This document shows positions 38,367 to 48,550 of a DNA stretch of 64,000 nt, in pieces; positions within the stretch are counted from its first letter, which is position 1; each line of letters opens with the position of its first letter. The position numbers were made by a program, and so were the translations under genes. The notes below the pieces were generated by a model, which saw only the letters and a program-made list of their open reading frames with translations, was not told the origin of the DNA and ran no database searches. Location: positions 32,001-96,000 of the forward strand of contig CAZSOZ010000001.1 in NCBI GenBank assembly GCA_964608675.1, given 5' to 3'. Source of the stretch: an uncultured archaeon. Lineage in GTDB: Archaea; Iainarchaeota; Iainarchaeia; Iainarchaeales; 1-14-0-10-31-34.

Positions 38367-40115
38367 ATGGCAAAAAAAAGGCATTCTCCAAGACTGGACA
38401 CTATTGCAATGGTTGAAAACACCATTAAAAAATCAAAAGAAAAATTAAGCAAAACTGAATTATGGAAAAAACTTCCAAAACAAATGATGTACCAGACTTT
38501 TTCAACAGCAATAGACTATTTAATTGAATTAAACAAAATAAAGCTTAATAAAGAAGGCAAAATTGAATTAATTCAATCAGAAAAAGAAATAAAAGAAAAA
38601 GAACCTGAAAAAACTGAAAAAAAAGAAAACACTTTCATTAAAATTCCAAAAAAAGCAGTTGACGAAAAAACAAGAAAAACAATTGAAGAATTAAGTGAAA
38701 TAGAAAGAAAAGCATTAAAGGCTTTAACTGAAAAAAAAGAAATTAATGCAGAAGAACTCGCAGAAAAAGCAAAAATTGATTTGGATTCAGCAAGAAGAGC
38801 AATTCAATGGCTGAATGAAAAAGAACTGGGAAAAGCAAGAATAGAAAAAAATGTTTTTGTTTCTTTAGGAGAAGAAGGATTAAAAGCATTAAAAGAAGGT
38901 CTTCCTGAAAAAAATTTTTTAAAAGAATTGGCAAAAGGTGGGAAAAAAATTTCAGAAATAAAAAGCACTCCAAAACAAGAAATAAATATTGCAATAGGAA
39001 ACGCAAAAAAAAAGGATTTAATTGAATTAAAAAAAGAAGAAGAACTAAAAATCAGAATAACACAAAAAGGAAAAGAATTTCTTAGCAAAAAAACAGAAGA
39101 AGAATTAATGCTGGAAAAAATAAATTCAAAAGAAATAAACGAAAAAGAATTTAATGAAAAAGAAAAACAAGTTTTAAAATTTCTTGGCTCAAGAAAAAAT
39201 TTTTTAAAACATAAAGAAAAAGGAAATGAATTCATTAAAATAACAGAAAAAGGAATTAATGCAATTCCTTTGATTGAAAAAGAAAGAAAATACAATTTAA
39301 TGGAACCAGTGGAAAAAATTTATCCAGGAAAAAAACAACCATACTATAAATTTGTTGATGAAATAAAACAAAAGCTTGCCGGACTAGGATTCAAAGAAAT
39401 GGAAAACCCCTTAATAGTGCAGGAATTCTACAACTTTGATGTATTATTTCAGCCACAAAACCATTCCGCGAGAACCTGGACTGACACATACAAATTAGAA
39501 AAACCAAAATACGGAAATCTTCCTGAAAAAAAAATTGTTGAAGCAGTTAAATCAGCACACGAAAACGGAGGAAACACAAAAAGCAGGGGATGGAAATATA
39601 AATGGAATGAAAAAATTGCATCTCAATTAATGCCTTCAGCACACGGAACAGCACATTCAGCAAGACAGCTTGTTAAAGGAATTGAAATTCCTGGAAAATA
39701 CTTTACTTTAGCAAGATGCTTCAGGCCTGATGTAGTTGATGCAACTCATTTAATTGAATTCAATCAAATGGAAGGTTTTGTTGCAGGAAAAAACTTTACT
39801 TTCAAAAAATTGCTTGGACTGCTGAAAGAATTTGCAGTCGAAATTGCAGGCGCAGACAAAGTAAAATTCCTGCCGGATTACTATCCTTTCACTGAACCAA
39901 GCGTTCAATTAAATGCACTGCACCCAAAACTAGGGTGGGTTGAATTTGGAGGAGCAGGAATATTCAGAGCAGAAATAACAGAAAATTTAGGAATAAAAGA
40001 AAAATGCCTTGCATGGGGATTAGGACTGGACAGACTGGCAATGTTCAAATTAAAACTCAACGATATAAGAGAATTATTTTCACAAGACCTGAATTGGTTA
40101 AGGAAGGGAATCTAA
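38367..40115 (+). CDS. pheS: Phenylalanine--tRNA ligase alpha subunit with an extra N-terminal HTH-like domain
   Basis: GLPEK, NFDVLFQPQNHSAR, RCFRPD.VDATHLIEFNQMEG, YYPFTEPS, AWGLGLDRLAM. Confidence 0.96.
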   Translation: MAKKRHSPRLDTIAMVENTIKKSKEKLSKTELWKKLPKQMMYQTFSTAIDYLIELNKIKLNKEGKIELIQSEKEIKEKEPEKTEKKENTFIKIPKKAVDEKTRKTIEELSEIERKALKALTEKKEINAEELAEKAKIDLDSARRAIQWLNEKELGKARIEKNVFVSLGEEGLKALKEGLPEKNFLKELAKGGKKISEIKSTPKQEINIAIGNAKKKDLIELKKEEELKIRITQKGKEFLSKKTEEELMLEKINSKEINEKEFNEKEKQVLKFLGSRKNFLKHKEKGNEFIKITEKGINAIPLIEKERKYNLMEPVEKIYPGKKQPYYKFVDEIKQKLAGLGFKEMENPLIVQEFYNFDVLFQPQNHSARTWTDTYKLEKPKYGNLPEKKIVEAVKSAHENGGNTKSRGWKYKWNEKIASQLMPSAHGTAHSARQLVKGIEIPGKYFTLARCFRPDVVDATHLIEFNQMEGFVAGKNFTFKKLLGLLKEFAVEIAGADKVKFLPDYYPFTEPSVQLNALHPKLGWVEFGGAGIFRAEITENLGIKEKCLAWGLGLDRLAMFKLKLNDIRELFSQDLNWLRKGI

Positions 40116-41756
40116 ATGCCTGCAATTGAATGCTCAAAAAAAGACTTGGAAAAATTAATTGGAAAAAAGTTTTCCAAAAAAGAACTTGAAGAAGCATTAT
40201 TATGCGTTAAAGGAGAACTTGACGCAATAGAAGAAGACAAACTTAAAATTGACATAAAAGAAACCAACAGGCCTGATTTATGGTCAGCAGAAGGAATCGC
40301 AAGAGAAATAAAAGGCTATACAGAAAAAGAAAAAGGAATTCCTGAATACAGGATTTTAAAAGGAAAAAGAAAAGCAGTCATAGACAAGTCATTAAAAAAA
40401 ATAAGGCCTAAAGCAGCTTACGCAGAAATAAGAAACGCAGAAATAAATGAAGAAGTTTTATTTCAATTAATTCAATTACAGGAAAAAATCTGCCAGGGAT
40501 ACGGAAAAAAAAGAGAGCAAATTGCAATAGGGTTATTTGACTTAGATAAAATAAAAGGAAATATAAACTATTTTGCTTCAGACCCTTCAACAGAATTTAT
40601 TCCTTTAGGGTTTAATGAAAAAATGAATTTAAGGGAAATTTTAGTTAAACACCCTAAAGGAAAAGAATACGGCAAACTCATTGAAAAATTCCAAAAATTT
40701 CCTTTGCTTACAGATGAAAAAAACTCGGTTTTATCGATGCCTCCAATAATTAATTCTGAAGACTCCGGAAAAATTACAACAGAAACAAAAAATTTGTTTG
40801 TTGATGTAACAGGATTTGATCAGGAAAAAGTTAATCTTGCATTAAAAATAATGTGCATGGCTTTAGCAGACAGAAAAGGAAAAATTTATTCAGTTGAATT
40901 AAATTACAGGGAAAAAAAAATGGTTTCCCCTGAATTCAAAAAAGAAAAAATTTCCTTTAATGTGAATGAAGTCAATGAACTCCTTGGAAGCAGTTTTACA
41001 AAAAAAGAAATACTTAAACTGCTTGAAAAAAGAAGAATGAAAGGAAAAATCAAAGGAAAAAAAATTGAAGTAATTTTTTCAGACTGCAGAAAAGACTTAA
41101 TTCATCCATGGGACATAATAGAAGAAATTGCAATAGCATTTGATTACAATAAATTTGAACCAGAAAAAATCAAAGTATTCACTTTAGGAGAAACAAAAAA
41201 AGAAGGGAAAAAAATAAATGAAACAAGAGAATTATGCATTGGCTTTGGACTTCAGGAAATTGCATCAACTCATTTAACTTCAAAAGAAATCCAGAAAGAA
41301 AAAATGAATTTAAAAGAAGAAGAATTCATCAAAATAAGCAATCCTGTTTCCTTAAACTGGGAAATATTCAGAAAAAGGCTTCTTCCTGAATCCCTTTTGT
41401 TTTTAAGCAGAAACAAAAACGTCAGTTATCCCCAGAAAATTTTTGAAGCAGGGAGAATAATTGAATTAAATGAAGAAAACGAAACCAAAGTAAAAGAAAA
41501 ATGGAAGTTATGCATCTGCATTTCTCATTCAAAAACAAACTTCAATGAAGTTAAATCCATACTTGAATCAATTGCAAGGGAAATGAAAACAGAATACAAA
41601 TTAAAAGAAGAAAAAATCCCTTTTTTGGCTGAAGGAAAAAGCGCTTTAATTGAATTTAATGAAGAAAAAAAAGGGTTTATAGGAGAAGTAAGCCAAAATG
41701 TTCTGGAAAATTTTGGCTTGGAAACAAAGGTTTCAGTAATTGAAATCGAATTATAA
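40116..41756 (+). CDS. pheT: Phenylalanine--tRNA ligase beta subunit
   Basis: NRPDLWSAEGIAR, LQEKI, LSMPPIINS, RKDLIHPWDIIEEIAIA, YPQKIFEAG. Confidence 0.96.
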   Translation: MPAIECSKKDLEKLIGKKFSKKELEEALLCVKGELDAIEEDKLKIDIKETNRPDLWSAEGIAREIKGYTEKEKGIPEYRILKGKRKAVIDKSLKKIRPKAAYAEIRNAEINEEVLFQLIQLQEKICQGYGKKREQIAIGLFDLDKIKGNINYFASDPSTEFIPLGFNEKMNLREILVKHPKGKEYGKLIEKFQKFPLLTDEKNSVLSMPPIINSEDSGKITTETKNLFVDVTGFDQEKVNLALKIMCMALADRKGKIYSVELNYREKKMVSPEFKKEKISFNVNEVNELLGSSFTKKEILKLLEKRRMKGKIKGKKIEVIFSDCRKDLIHPWDIIEEIAIAFDYNKFEPEKIKVFTLGETKKEGKKINETRELCIGFGLQEIASTHLTSKEIQKEKMNLKEEEFIKISNPVSLNWEIFRKRLLPESLLFLSRNKNVSYPQKIFEAGRIIELNEENETKVKEKWKLCICISHSKTNFNEVKSILESIAREMKTEYKLKEEKIPFLAEGKSALIEFNEEKKGFIGEVSQNVLENFGLETKVSVIEIEL

Positions 41757-42050
41757 ACCTGCTTCCGGATTAGGAAACAAATCCTCTTTATTTTCTTTTG
41801 CCAGTTCTGCCTCCTCACTTAAAACCTTGTCTTCAATTAACTTCATTTCCTTGTCTTTTCTTTTAAGTCTTGCAAGAGAATAAAAGTAAGCATTAATTAT
41901 TGCATCCAAATCCAAAGTTCTTTTGAAACCAAGCCTTGCAACTTCCTCAAAATACAATTTAACCATTCTGAAAGCCATTTCTTCATCAGGAAGAGTAAAA
42001 GAATCTCTTCTTGTTTTTGAAGATTTTCTCGCAGTCTTTTTTTTAACCAT
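41751..42050 (-). CDS. Small hypothetical protein
   Basis: SD AGGTGA; helical core KLYFEEVARLGFKRTLDLDAIINAYFY. Confidence 0.7.
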   Translation of the reverse strand: MVKKKTARKSSKTRRDSFTLPDEEMAFRMVKLYFEEVARLGFKRTLDLDAIINAYFYSLARLKRKDKEMKLIEDKVLSEEAELAKENKEDLFPNPEAGL

Positions 42051-42086
42051 TAAATCACCTTAAATAAAAATAGGCAGTGGAAATAT

Positions 42087-43217
42087 TTAATTCTTTTCTT
42101 TAAGAAATTTATTTAAGGTTTCTGCAGGAACTTTAAGGGAAATAAACCTGCTTTTTCCTTTGGGTTTTTTGTCAACCAAAGGAGCAGAAATTAAATTCAA
42201 GGATTCAAGCTTTGAAATAATTACGCGAAACTGCCTTAACTTGAAAGCATTTTTTTTCTTTGAATACTTTCTGTAAAGGTTTCCTGAAAAAACTCCTTCA
42301 GAAAAAGACGAAATTAATTCTAAAATAATTTTTTCCTGCTCTGAAAGAAAAGGAAAAGTCTTCAAAAGAACAGCTGAATTCATATCAGAAAAAGCTTTTT
42401 TTAAATGCACAAGAGAAACTTTTTTTGAGTTTTCTTTTTCTGCATTCCTTCCTGCTTTTAAAAGAGCTTCAATTCCTATTCTCGCGTCTCCTCCAAGTTT
42501 TGCTGAATGAGCAGCCGCAACATTAATTACATCTTTTTCAAGTGATTCAGGAAAAAAAGCAGAGAAAGCTCTTTCAGAAAGAATATCTTTCAGCTGTGAA
42601 GGAGAATATTTTTCAAACACAATTGTTTCTCCTGCTAAACTGCTTTTAACCCGCAAATCAAGTCCTGAAGTAATAGCAAAATTATTAGAAATCAAAACAA
42701 TTCCCACATGAATTCTTTCAAATTCAATTATTCTCAATAAATCATACAATACTTTAGAGCCTTCTTCCTTCAAAACCAGCTGGTCGGCTTCATCCAAAAT
42801 AATCAAAGGAACAAAATCAGCTTTCTTTAAAAAATCAATCATTCTTGAATAAATTTCATCGGTTGCCAGCCCTCTTCTAGGAATAGCTGCGCCAACAAAA
42901 TTTGCAATCTGAATCAAAACAGAATTCCTTGTATTAAATTCAAAACAATTAATGTAAAGTTTTTTTGCTCTGCCTGAATATTCCTCAAGTTCTGAAAAAA
43001 CAAATTTAGAGGAAACAGTTTTTCCTGTTCCAGGAGAACCCAAAAGAACTGCATTAACTGGTTTTTTTCCTGAAAGAACAGGCTTAAAACAAAACGCAAG
43101 AGAATCAATTTCTTTTTCTCTATGAGGAAGCCTTTCTGGAAGAAATTCAGGATAAAGAATTCTTTCATCCTTAAAAACTTCATTAATTGATTTCCTCGAA
43201 AAAATATTTTCCTTCAT
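42087..43217 (-). CDS. cdc6: Orc1/Cdc6 replication initiator
   Basis: PERLPHREKEI, GSPGTGKT, YINC, IILDEAD, RVKSSL, GDARIGI, C-terminal wHTH. Confidence 0.93.
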   Translation of the reverse strand: MKENIFSRKSINEVFKDERILYPEFLPERLPHREKEIDSLAFCFKPVLSGKKPVNAVLLGSPGTGKTVSSKFVFSELEEYSGRAKKLYINCFEFNTRNSVLIQIANFVGAAIPRRGLATDEIYSRMIDFLKKADFVPLIILDEADQLVLKEEGSKVLYDLLRIIEFERIHVGIVLISNNFAITSGLDLRVKSSLAGETIVFEKYSPSQLKDILSERAFSAFFPESLEKDVINVAAAHSAKLGGDARIGIEALLKAGRNAEKENSKKVSLVHLKKAFSDMNSAVLLKTFPFLSEQEKIILELISSFSEGVFSGNLYRKYSKKKNAFKLRQFRVIISKLESLNLISAPLVDKKPKGKSRFISLKVPAETLNKFLKEKN

Positions 43218-43313
43218 ACAACAATAAAAAAGAAACAAATTCTTAAAACAATAATATCAAAAGAAAAAAAAAAACAAAAAACACGCATATAATAAATATA
43301 TAAAAAATATATA

Positions 43314-44633
43314 TTACTCTTTTTTTTCTTTGAAATCTATTACTGTTCCATTTTCATCCAATTCAAATTCAAAAAGCTCATTGTTAATTAAAACTCTTGA
43401 ATACCATCCGCTTCCCTTTCTTTCAAGAAATTCAACTTTATATTTGTTTTTTGTTCCAAGCTGATCAGCCAAAAATTCCAGCAGAAGATTAAATACTTTA
43501 TTGTATTCTTTTTCTTTGAAGTATTTTTTTTCAAGCCTCTTTTTTTCTTCGGCTCTCTTTTTTTTTACTTCCTTTTTTTTTGCAGTTTTCTTTATTTTAG
43601 TAATCTTAAAAACCAAATCAGACAAAGCTTCTTTTCCTCCTGCTCCCTTTGTTTCATTTTTATTTTTGATTATTCCGTCAAGCGAAGCAAGAAGCGAAGC
43701 AGTTTTTTCTCTTTCTTCTCTGTCAAAAGAATACATTAAATTTCTTGAAGTAATGCTGTTTAAAGGAACAAACACTTTTGCAGAAGAAGAAATTTCATTA
43801 AAGTCCTGTGAAATATCTTCAAGCAAAGCCCGTGTATTTTTTGAAGGAAAATCACTCCTTATTGTTTCAATAAAATAAATGCTCTGCCAGCAGACAAGAA
43901 AATGAGAAACAAAAGAAGAATAAAACAAAAGAAGAAGCAAAAAAAGCAAAACAAAAGAAACAAGATTAAAAGGATAAACTAAAGAAGAAAGAAAAGGATT
44001 TAATGCAACAAACAAAACAAGATAAAACAAAAGAAAAACAATATAAGAAAAAATTTGCATGGCAAAAACCTGAAACAAAACAAGGTTTTTTTTCTGATAA
44101 AACAAAACAAGACCGTCCCGCAAAGAAGTAAATGGTTCCACTGATTTATCTGCAAAAACATATGAAAGAACAGCAGAAGAAATTGCCTGAGTCACATTAG
44201 GAATAAAAGAAATAAAACCCAAAACCCCGTAAGTTTTTGAAATAACTTTTTTTGATTTTTCTTCAAATAAACGGAAACTGCGCAAAAAAGAAAATTTTTC
44301 TTTTATTAAATTAAAGCCAAATGAAGCCTGTCTTGAAACAGGCACATTCCTTCCAAAAACATATTCAGAAATAACCACTGCTCCGGAAACCCGCAATACA
44401 TACAAAATTCGGTTCCTAAAAAAATTCCAGTAAACTAAAAAAATAATGAGCCCTAAAACAAGAAAAACTAAATCAAAAGAAGAAAAAAACTCAAAATAAT
44501 AAGGCACCAAAATAAAAAACAAGGCAATAATTGCTGAAAACAAAACAAAATAAGCATTAGCAATAATTCTTGCAAAAACAAAAGAAAATGTTCTGAAAAA
44601 CAATTTTAATGCCTGAGAAAAATAAAATGCCAT
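43314..44633 (-). CDS. Polytopic membrane hypothetical protein with a soluble C-terminal tail
   Basis: Several TM segments, Lys-rich coiled linker, small beta-rich C-terminal domain. Confidence 0.6.
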   Translation of the reverse strand: MAFYFSQALKLFFRTFSFVFARIIANAYFVLFSAIIALFFILVPYYFEFFSSFDLVFLVLGLIIFLVYWNFFRNRILYVLRVSGAVVISEYVFGRNVPVSRQASFGFNLIKEKFSFLRSFRLFEEKSKKVISKTYGVLGFISFIPNVTQAISSAVLSYVFADKSVEPFTSLRDGLVLFYQKKNLVLFQVFAMQIFSYIVFLLFYLVLFVALNPFLSSLVYPFNLVSFVLLFLLLLLFYSSFVSHFLVCWQSIYFIETIRSDFPSKNTRALLEDISQDFNEISSSAKVFVPLNSITSRNLMYSFDREEREKTASLLASLDGIIKNKNETKGAGGKEALSDLVFKITKIKKTAKKKEVKKKRAEEKKRLEKKYFKEKEYNKVFNLLLEFLADQLGTKNKYKVEFLERKGSGWYSRVLINNELFEFELDENGTVIDFKEKKE

Positions 44634-44751
44634 AATCCTAATAAACAATAAAAGTATTTAACTCTTGCTTTTTTTTTGCTGGAAAAAGAAAAAGGTTTTT
44701 CCTAACAAAAATGAAAGATATTTAAATAGCTTTAAACCGAATAAATATTAA

Positions 44752-45312
44752 ATGAACGAAATAATCCTGAGAAAAGAAGAATTCAAAGCATTGAGTTCAG
44801 ATACCAGAATAGAATTAATCAGGCTCTTAAAAGAAAGAAATTACACTTTAAGCGAAATGTCCGCAAAACTAAAAATGAGTTCTCCGACAATAAAACAGCA
44901 TTTAGATACTCTGGCGCACTCTGATTTAATTGAACAAAAAGACGAAGGAAGAAAATGGAAATATTATTCTTTAACAAGAAAAGGAAAAAAATTAATTGAA
45001 CCAGAAACGCCAAAAATAATGATTTTATGGGCAGCAACACTGCTTGGAGTTCTCTCAATATTTTTTCTTGCTTTTTCTATTACAGAAAACCCTTTTTCAG
45101 AAGAAATAAAAATACAAAACACGTTTTCTGCTTCTGAAACCCTGAAAACAACAGGAGCAAACCAAGTTTCTGATTCTTATGCAGAAAAAAAAGAAACACA
45201 GGAAACCCAAAAAACCGATATTGAAATAATTATTGCTTTAATTGCTGTTTCATTAATTACAGGCTTCCTTTTTTCAAAGGCTTCGGCAATCAGCGATAAA
45301 AAACTTATTTAA
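44752..45312 (+). CDS. Membrane-tethered ArsR-like winged-HTH regulator
   Basis: FKALSSDTRIELI, TLSEMS..L.MSSPTIKQHL..L, WKYYSLT followed by two TM helices. Confidence 0.85.
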   Translation: MNEIILRKEEFKALSSDTRIELIRLLKERNYTLSEMSAKLKMSSPTIKQHLDTLAHSDLIEQKDEGRKWKYYSLTRKGKKLIEPETPKIMILWAATLLGVLSIFFLAFSITENPFSEEIKIQNTFSASETLKTTGANQVSDSYAEKKETQETQKTDIEIIIALIAVSLITGFLFSKASAISDKKLI

Positions 45313-45335
45313 GCAGTTTTCAGCCAGATTCAGAA

Positions 45336-45899
45336 ATGAAATCTAAAGGAATGATTGCATTTGCATTAGTTTTTGCTTTTATTTTAATTTATTTTTCTTT
45401 GGTTTATTCAATTCAGGAATTCAATTCAAATAAAAATCTAGTTGAAGCACAATTAATTGAAACAGAAAACGCTTCATTTAAAAGAAATCTTGTGGAAAAC
45501 TCTGTTGACGAATTAATCAAAGAAACAATCAAAAAAGAAATAATGTTTGGCTCAAAAGAACCGAAAAAAATACAGGAAAAAACAGCAGAAAACTTAATTC
45601 ATTTTTTTGAAGAACTAGAAAAAAAAGGAATAAAAATAAAAGAAATTGAATTAAAAAAGGAATACAAAAAAACAAAAATTAAAGGAAAAAAAACAAGAAA
45701 AAAATTCATTCAGGAAAACAGCAGAATAATTGTAATAAAATTATATGAAAAAATTTATCTCACAGAATTTTATTTCACTGCCGGAAAAAACAAAAATAAA
45801 ATACTTGGAGCAGAAATAAAAGAAAATTCTTCTAAAATAAACTTTTTTGTTCCTGCAGGATATTCAATAAAAACAATTAATGCAAGAGTGATTGAATGA
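45336..45899 (+). CDS. Pilin-like protein (possible class III signal peptide)
   Basis: MKSKG|MIAFALVFAF hydrophobic N-terminus; no acidic residue at +5. Confidence 0.5.
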   Translation: MKSKGMIAFALVFAFILIYFSLVYSIQEFNSNKNLVEAQLIETENASFKRNLVENSVDELIKETIKKEIMFGSKEPKKIQEKTAENLIHFFEELEKKGIKIKEIELKKEYKKTKIKGKKTRKKFIQENSRIIVIKLYEKIYLTEFYFTAGKNKNKILGAEIKENSSKINFFVPAGYSIKTINARVIE

Positions 45900-46234
45900 A
45901 AGGAATAATCAGCCTTGAAGCAATGCTCGTGTTAATTTCATTCTTTGCATTGATTTCCCTTCTATTCAATTCACTTGAAAATACGAGGTTGCTGGCAAAA
46001 GAAAAACAAGACCTATTTTCAGCCAAAGCAAATTCATTCAAATGTGCATTCGCTGCAGATTCAGTTTACTCAAACGGAATTCAAGAAATAAAATTAAACG
46101 AAAAATGCTTTTTTGAAAAAGACAGAATAAAAAGCAAAAAAGGAAAACAAGAAAGCCAGGAAAAAACAATAACAAAAAAAATCAGTAATTCCGAAAAAGG
46201 ACTGCAAATAGGAGTTGAAGACCATTACAAATAA
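45896..46234 (+). CDS. Type IV pilin-like protein
   Basis: MKG|IISLEAMLVLI class III signal with E+5. Confidence 0.7.
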   Translation: MKGIISLEAMLVLISFFALISLLFNSLENTRLLAKEKQDLFSAKANSFKCAFAADSVYSNGIQEIKLNEKCFFEKDRIKSKKGKQESQEKTITKKISNSEKGLQIGVEDHYK

Positions 46235-46661
46235 AGGAATAATAGAAACAGACGCAATGGTTTCAGCAGTAATTGTACTTATTACTGTTTATTTAATGAT
46301 TACTGCAGTTAACGCAAAAATTGAAGAAAAAAACGAAATCAAAAACCTGAATTACCTTAAACTAAAAGCATTATATTATGCTGATTCCCTTATAAAAAAT
46401 TCCAATTCAAAAGAACCAGAAAAAGGAATTGCATTCTACAATAAAGAAAAAAAAAGAACAGAAGAAAACATTATTGACTTAAAACTGGCTGAAAAACTAA
46501 ATGAAAAAAATTTTCCTGAAAAATTAAAAGAAATAAGAATTGAAACAAAAAAAGTAAAAATAAAAACAGGCGAAAAAAAAGGAAACTGCTTTGAGGTCCG
46601 GAGATTTATTTTAACTGAACAAAAAGAAAAAGGAATTATTTATGTCAGCACATGCAATTAA
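46215..46661 (+). CDS. Type IV pilin-like protein
   Basis: NKG|IIETDAMVSAVIV class III-like signal; ADSLIK motif. Confidence 0.62.
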   Translation: MKTITNKGIIETDAMVSAVIVLITVYLMITAVNAKIEEKNEIKNLNYLKLKALYYADSLIKNSNSKEPEKGIAFYNKEKKRTEENIIDLKLAEKLNEKNFPEKLKEIRIETKKVKIKTGEKKGNCFEVRRFILTEQKEKGIIYVSTCN

Positions 46662-46998
46662 AGGATTCAGTTTTACCATTGAAGCAATAACAAGCCTTGT
46701 GATTCTGATTGCAATAATAAGCATTCCTGTAAACATACAGGAAAACGATTCAGAAAAAATTTACTGCATTCAAAAACAAAACGATTTAATCAAAGCATGG
46801 ATTAAAACAAACAATTTTGAAGAAACAGAAATCAAAAAAGACTTCAAAAAAATGTTTCCGTTTCAGAAAGGAGAAATAATAATTCACGGAAAAAAAATTG
46901 AAGTTCCAGGAAAACAAGAAAAAAACGAATACAAAAGCACAGGATTTTATTACAAGGAAGGAAAATTACAGGAAATTTCTGTAAAAGTCTTTGTTTAA
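46642..46998 (+). CDS. Type IV pilin-like protein
   Basis: IKG|FSFTIEAITSLVIL class III-like signal. Confidence 0.62.
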   Translation: MSAHAIKGFSFTIEAITSLVILIAIISIPVNIQENDSEKIYCIQKQNDLIKAWIKTNNFEETEIKKDFKKMFPFQKGEIIIHGKKIEVPGKQEKNEYKSTGFYYKEGKLQEISVKVFV

Positions 46999-48095
46999 AA
47001 AAAATCATTAAAAATTTCTTTCATGGCTTTTTTTCTTTCATTAAAAGAAAACCGTCCTTTTTCTGTATCCCGAAAAGCATTTCTTCCAAACTTTTTCCTT
47101 AAAGAAGAATCTTCAATCAAAAGAGCAGTTTTTTCAGCCAGCTGAACAGCAATTTTTTCTGAATCCAGTTTTTTTGATTCCCCGAAAAAATAATAAGGGT
47201 TCAAAAAAATTTTTTTATGGTACTCTTCAGGAAAATTAACCTTGAATCCTGTTCTGTTTTCTTCATTTATTTCATTCAAACCCATTATATCAGAAGAAAC
47301 AACAGGAACAGAACAAGAAAAAGCTTCTACAGCAGTTAACCCAAAAGATTCAATCAAAGAAGGCATTAGTAAAATATCGTTTTCAGGCATAACTTTTTCC
47401 CTGAATTCTTTTCCTGAAACAAAACCAAAATTTATTTCAGGAAACCTTTTTTTTGTTTCAGCAGAAAAATTTCCAAAACAATTTAATTCAACATCATATT
47501 TCTTTTTTAACATGTTGAAAGCAGAAAAAACAAAATTTGTTCCCTTAAAAACAGGGTTAGTTGCAGTAAAAAGAAGAGAAATTTTTTCTTTATTAGTTTT
47601 TTTCTTTACTGTACTTGGTTTCATAGAAGGATAAATTACCCGTGTTTTTTCTTTCAAATGGTTTCCTGCAAAAAAAAGAATTGATTTTTTGGAATACTGC
47701 GTCCAGGGAAGTAATGCTCTGCAGTTAAAAGAATTAAATGCTTTTGAAACAAGTTTTCTTCCAACAGAATTCATTACAGAAGAAAAAAAATTTTGTCCTG
47801 AAAAAAAACTGTAAAAAGCGCTCCAATAATGAAATTCTTCTACATCAGCAATCCACGGAAAATCATTCAAAGGAAAAACCTTAAAAGCATAAATTAAATC
47901 AATTGAATTTTTTTTCAAAAAATTTTTTGGGTAATAAACAAAATTAAAAAAAGGCAAAAAAGGATAAGGAAAACAATACCTTGAAGAATTAAGAAAAGGA
48001 GACTTTCTTTCAACTGCAAAAGAATTAATTTTGAGTTCTTCAAAAAAATCAAAAGCAGAAGTTCTTATATCTAAGCCGTCAAAAAAAACTTTCAT
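46995..48095 (-). CDS. GT4 (GT-B fold) glycosyltransferase
   Basis: FKG, LMPSLIESFGLTAVEAFSCSVPVVSS (EX7E). Confidence 0.9.
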   Translation of the reverse strand: MKVFFDGLDIRTSAFDFFEELKINSFAVERKSPFLNSSRYCFPYPFLPFFNFVYYPKNFLKKNSIDLIYAFKVFPLNDFPWIADVEEFHYWSAFYSFFSGQNFFSSVMNSVGRKLVSKAFNSFNCRALLPWTQYSKKSILFFAGNHLKEKTRVIYPSMKPSTVKKKTNKEKISLLFTATNPVFKGTNFVFSAFNMLKKKYDVELNCFGNFSAETKKRFPEINFGFVSGKEFREKVMPENDILLMPSLIESFGLTAVEAFSCSVPVVSSDIMGLNEINEENRTGFKVNFPEEYHKKIFLNPYYFFGESKKLDSEKIAVQLAEKTALLIEDSSLRKKFGRNAFRDTEKGRFSFNERKKAMKEIFNDFF

Positions 48096-48121
48096 AAAAA
48101 AGAAATAAACAGTTCAGGAAT

Positions 48122-48550
48122 TTAAGCTTTTTGAATTTCAAGTAAAACCAGTTTTTCTGTTTTAGTTAAAACAAAAACTGTTTCTTCAGAAAAAGAAAAC
48201 TCATCAAAAAACAAATTAAAGGAATCAAAAGAAAAAATTTTTTCTTTATTATAGTTTTCAGAATAAACTGCAAGAAAAAATTTGTTTTTATCTGATTTAA
48301 TAATCCATTCATTTAATGGTTTTGCAGTTAAAGTTATTTTTGAACCAGAACTCATTGAATTCAATTCTCTTGCAGAAACTTCAACTGAATTACAAAAAGC
48401 TTTTGCATTAGAAACATCCAAAGCAAATAAACCCAAAAAAAGAGTTTTCTGAATTAAAGGCAGAAACAAAAGCAAAAAAGAAAAAAAGGCTGCAGTAATA
48501 AGAATTAATTCAAGTGAAATTTGAGCATTATTTGATATCTGAAATTTCAT
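48122..48550 (-). CDS. Pilin-like protein with Q+1/E+5 class III signal
   Basis: MKFQISNNA|QISLELILITAAFF. Confidence 0.68.
   Translation of the reverse strand: MKFQISNNAQISLELILITAAFFSFLLLFLPLIQKTLFLGLFALDVSNAKAFCNSVEVSARELNSMSSGSKITLTAKPLNEWIIKSDKNKFFLAVYSENYNKEKIFSFDSFNLFFDEFSFSEETVFVLTKTEKLVLLEIQKA

Noticed and set aside
42061-43313. Replication origin next to orc1/cdc6
   Set aside because: Only one partial ORB-like string (cagtggaaat at about 42075-42084) in a 36-bp gap. The upstream spacer is under 100 bp with no repeated ORBs or G-strings.
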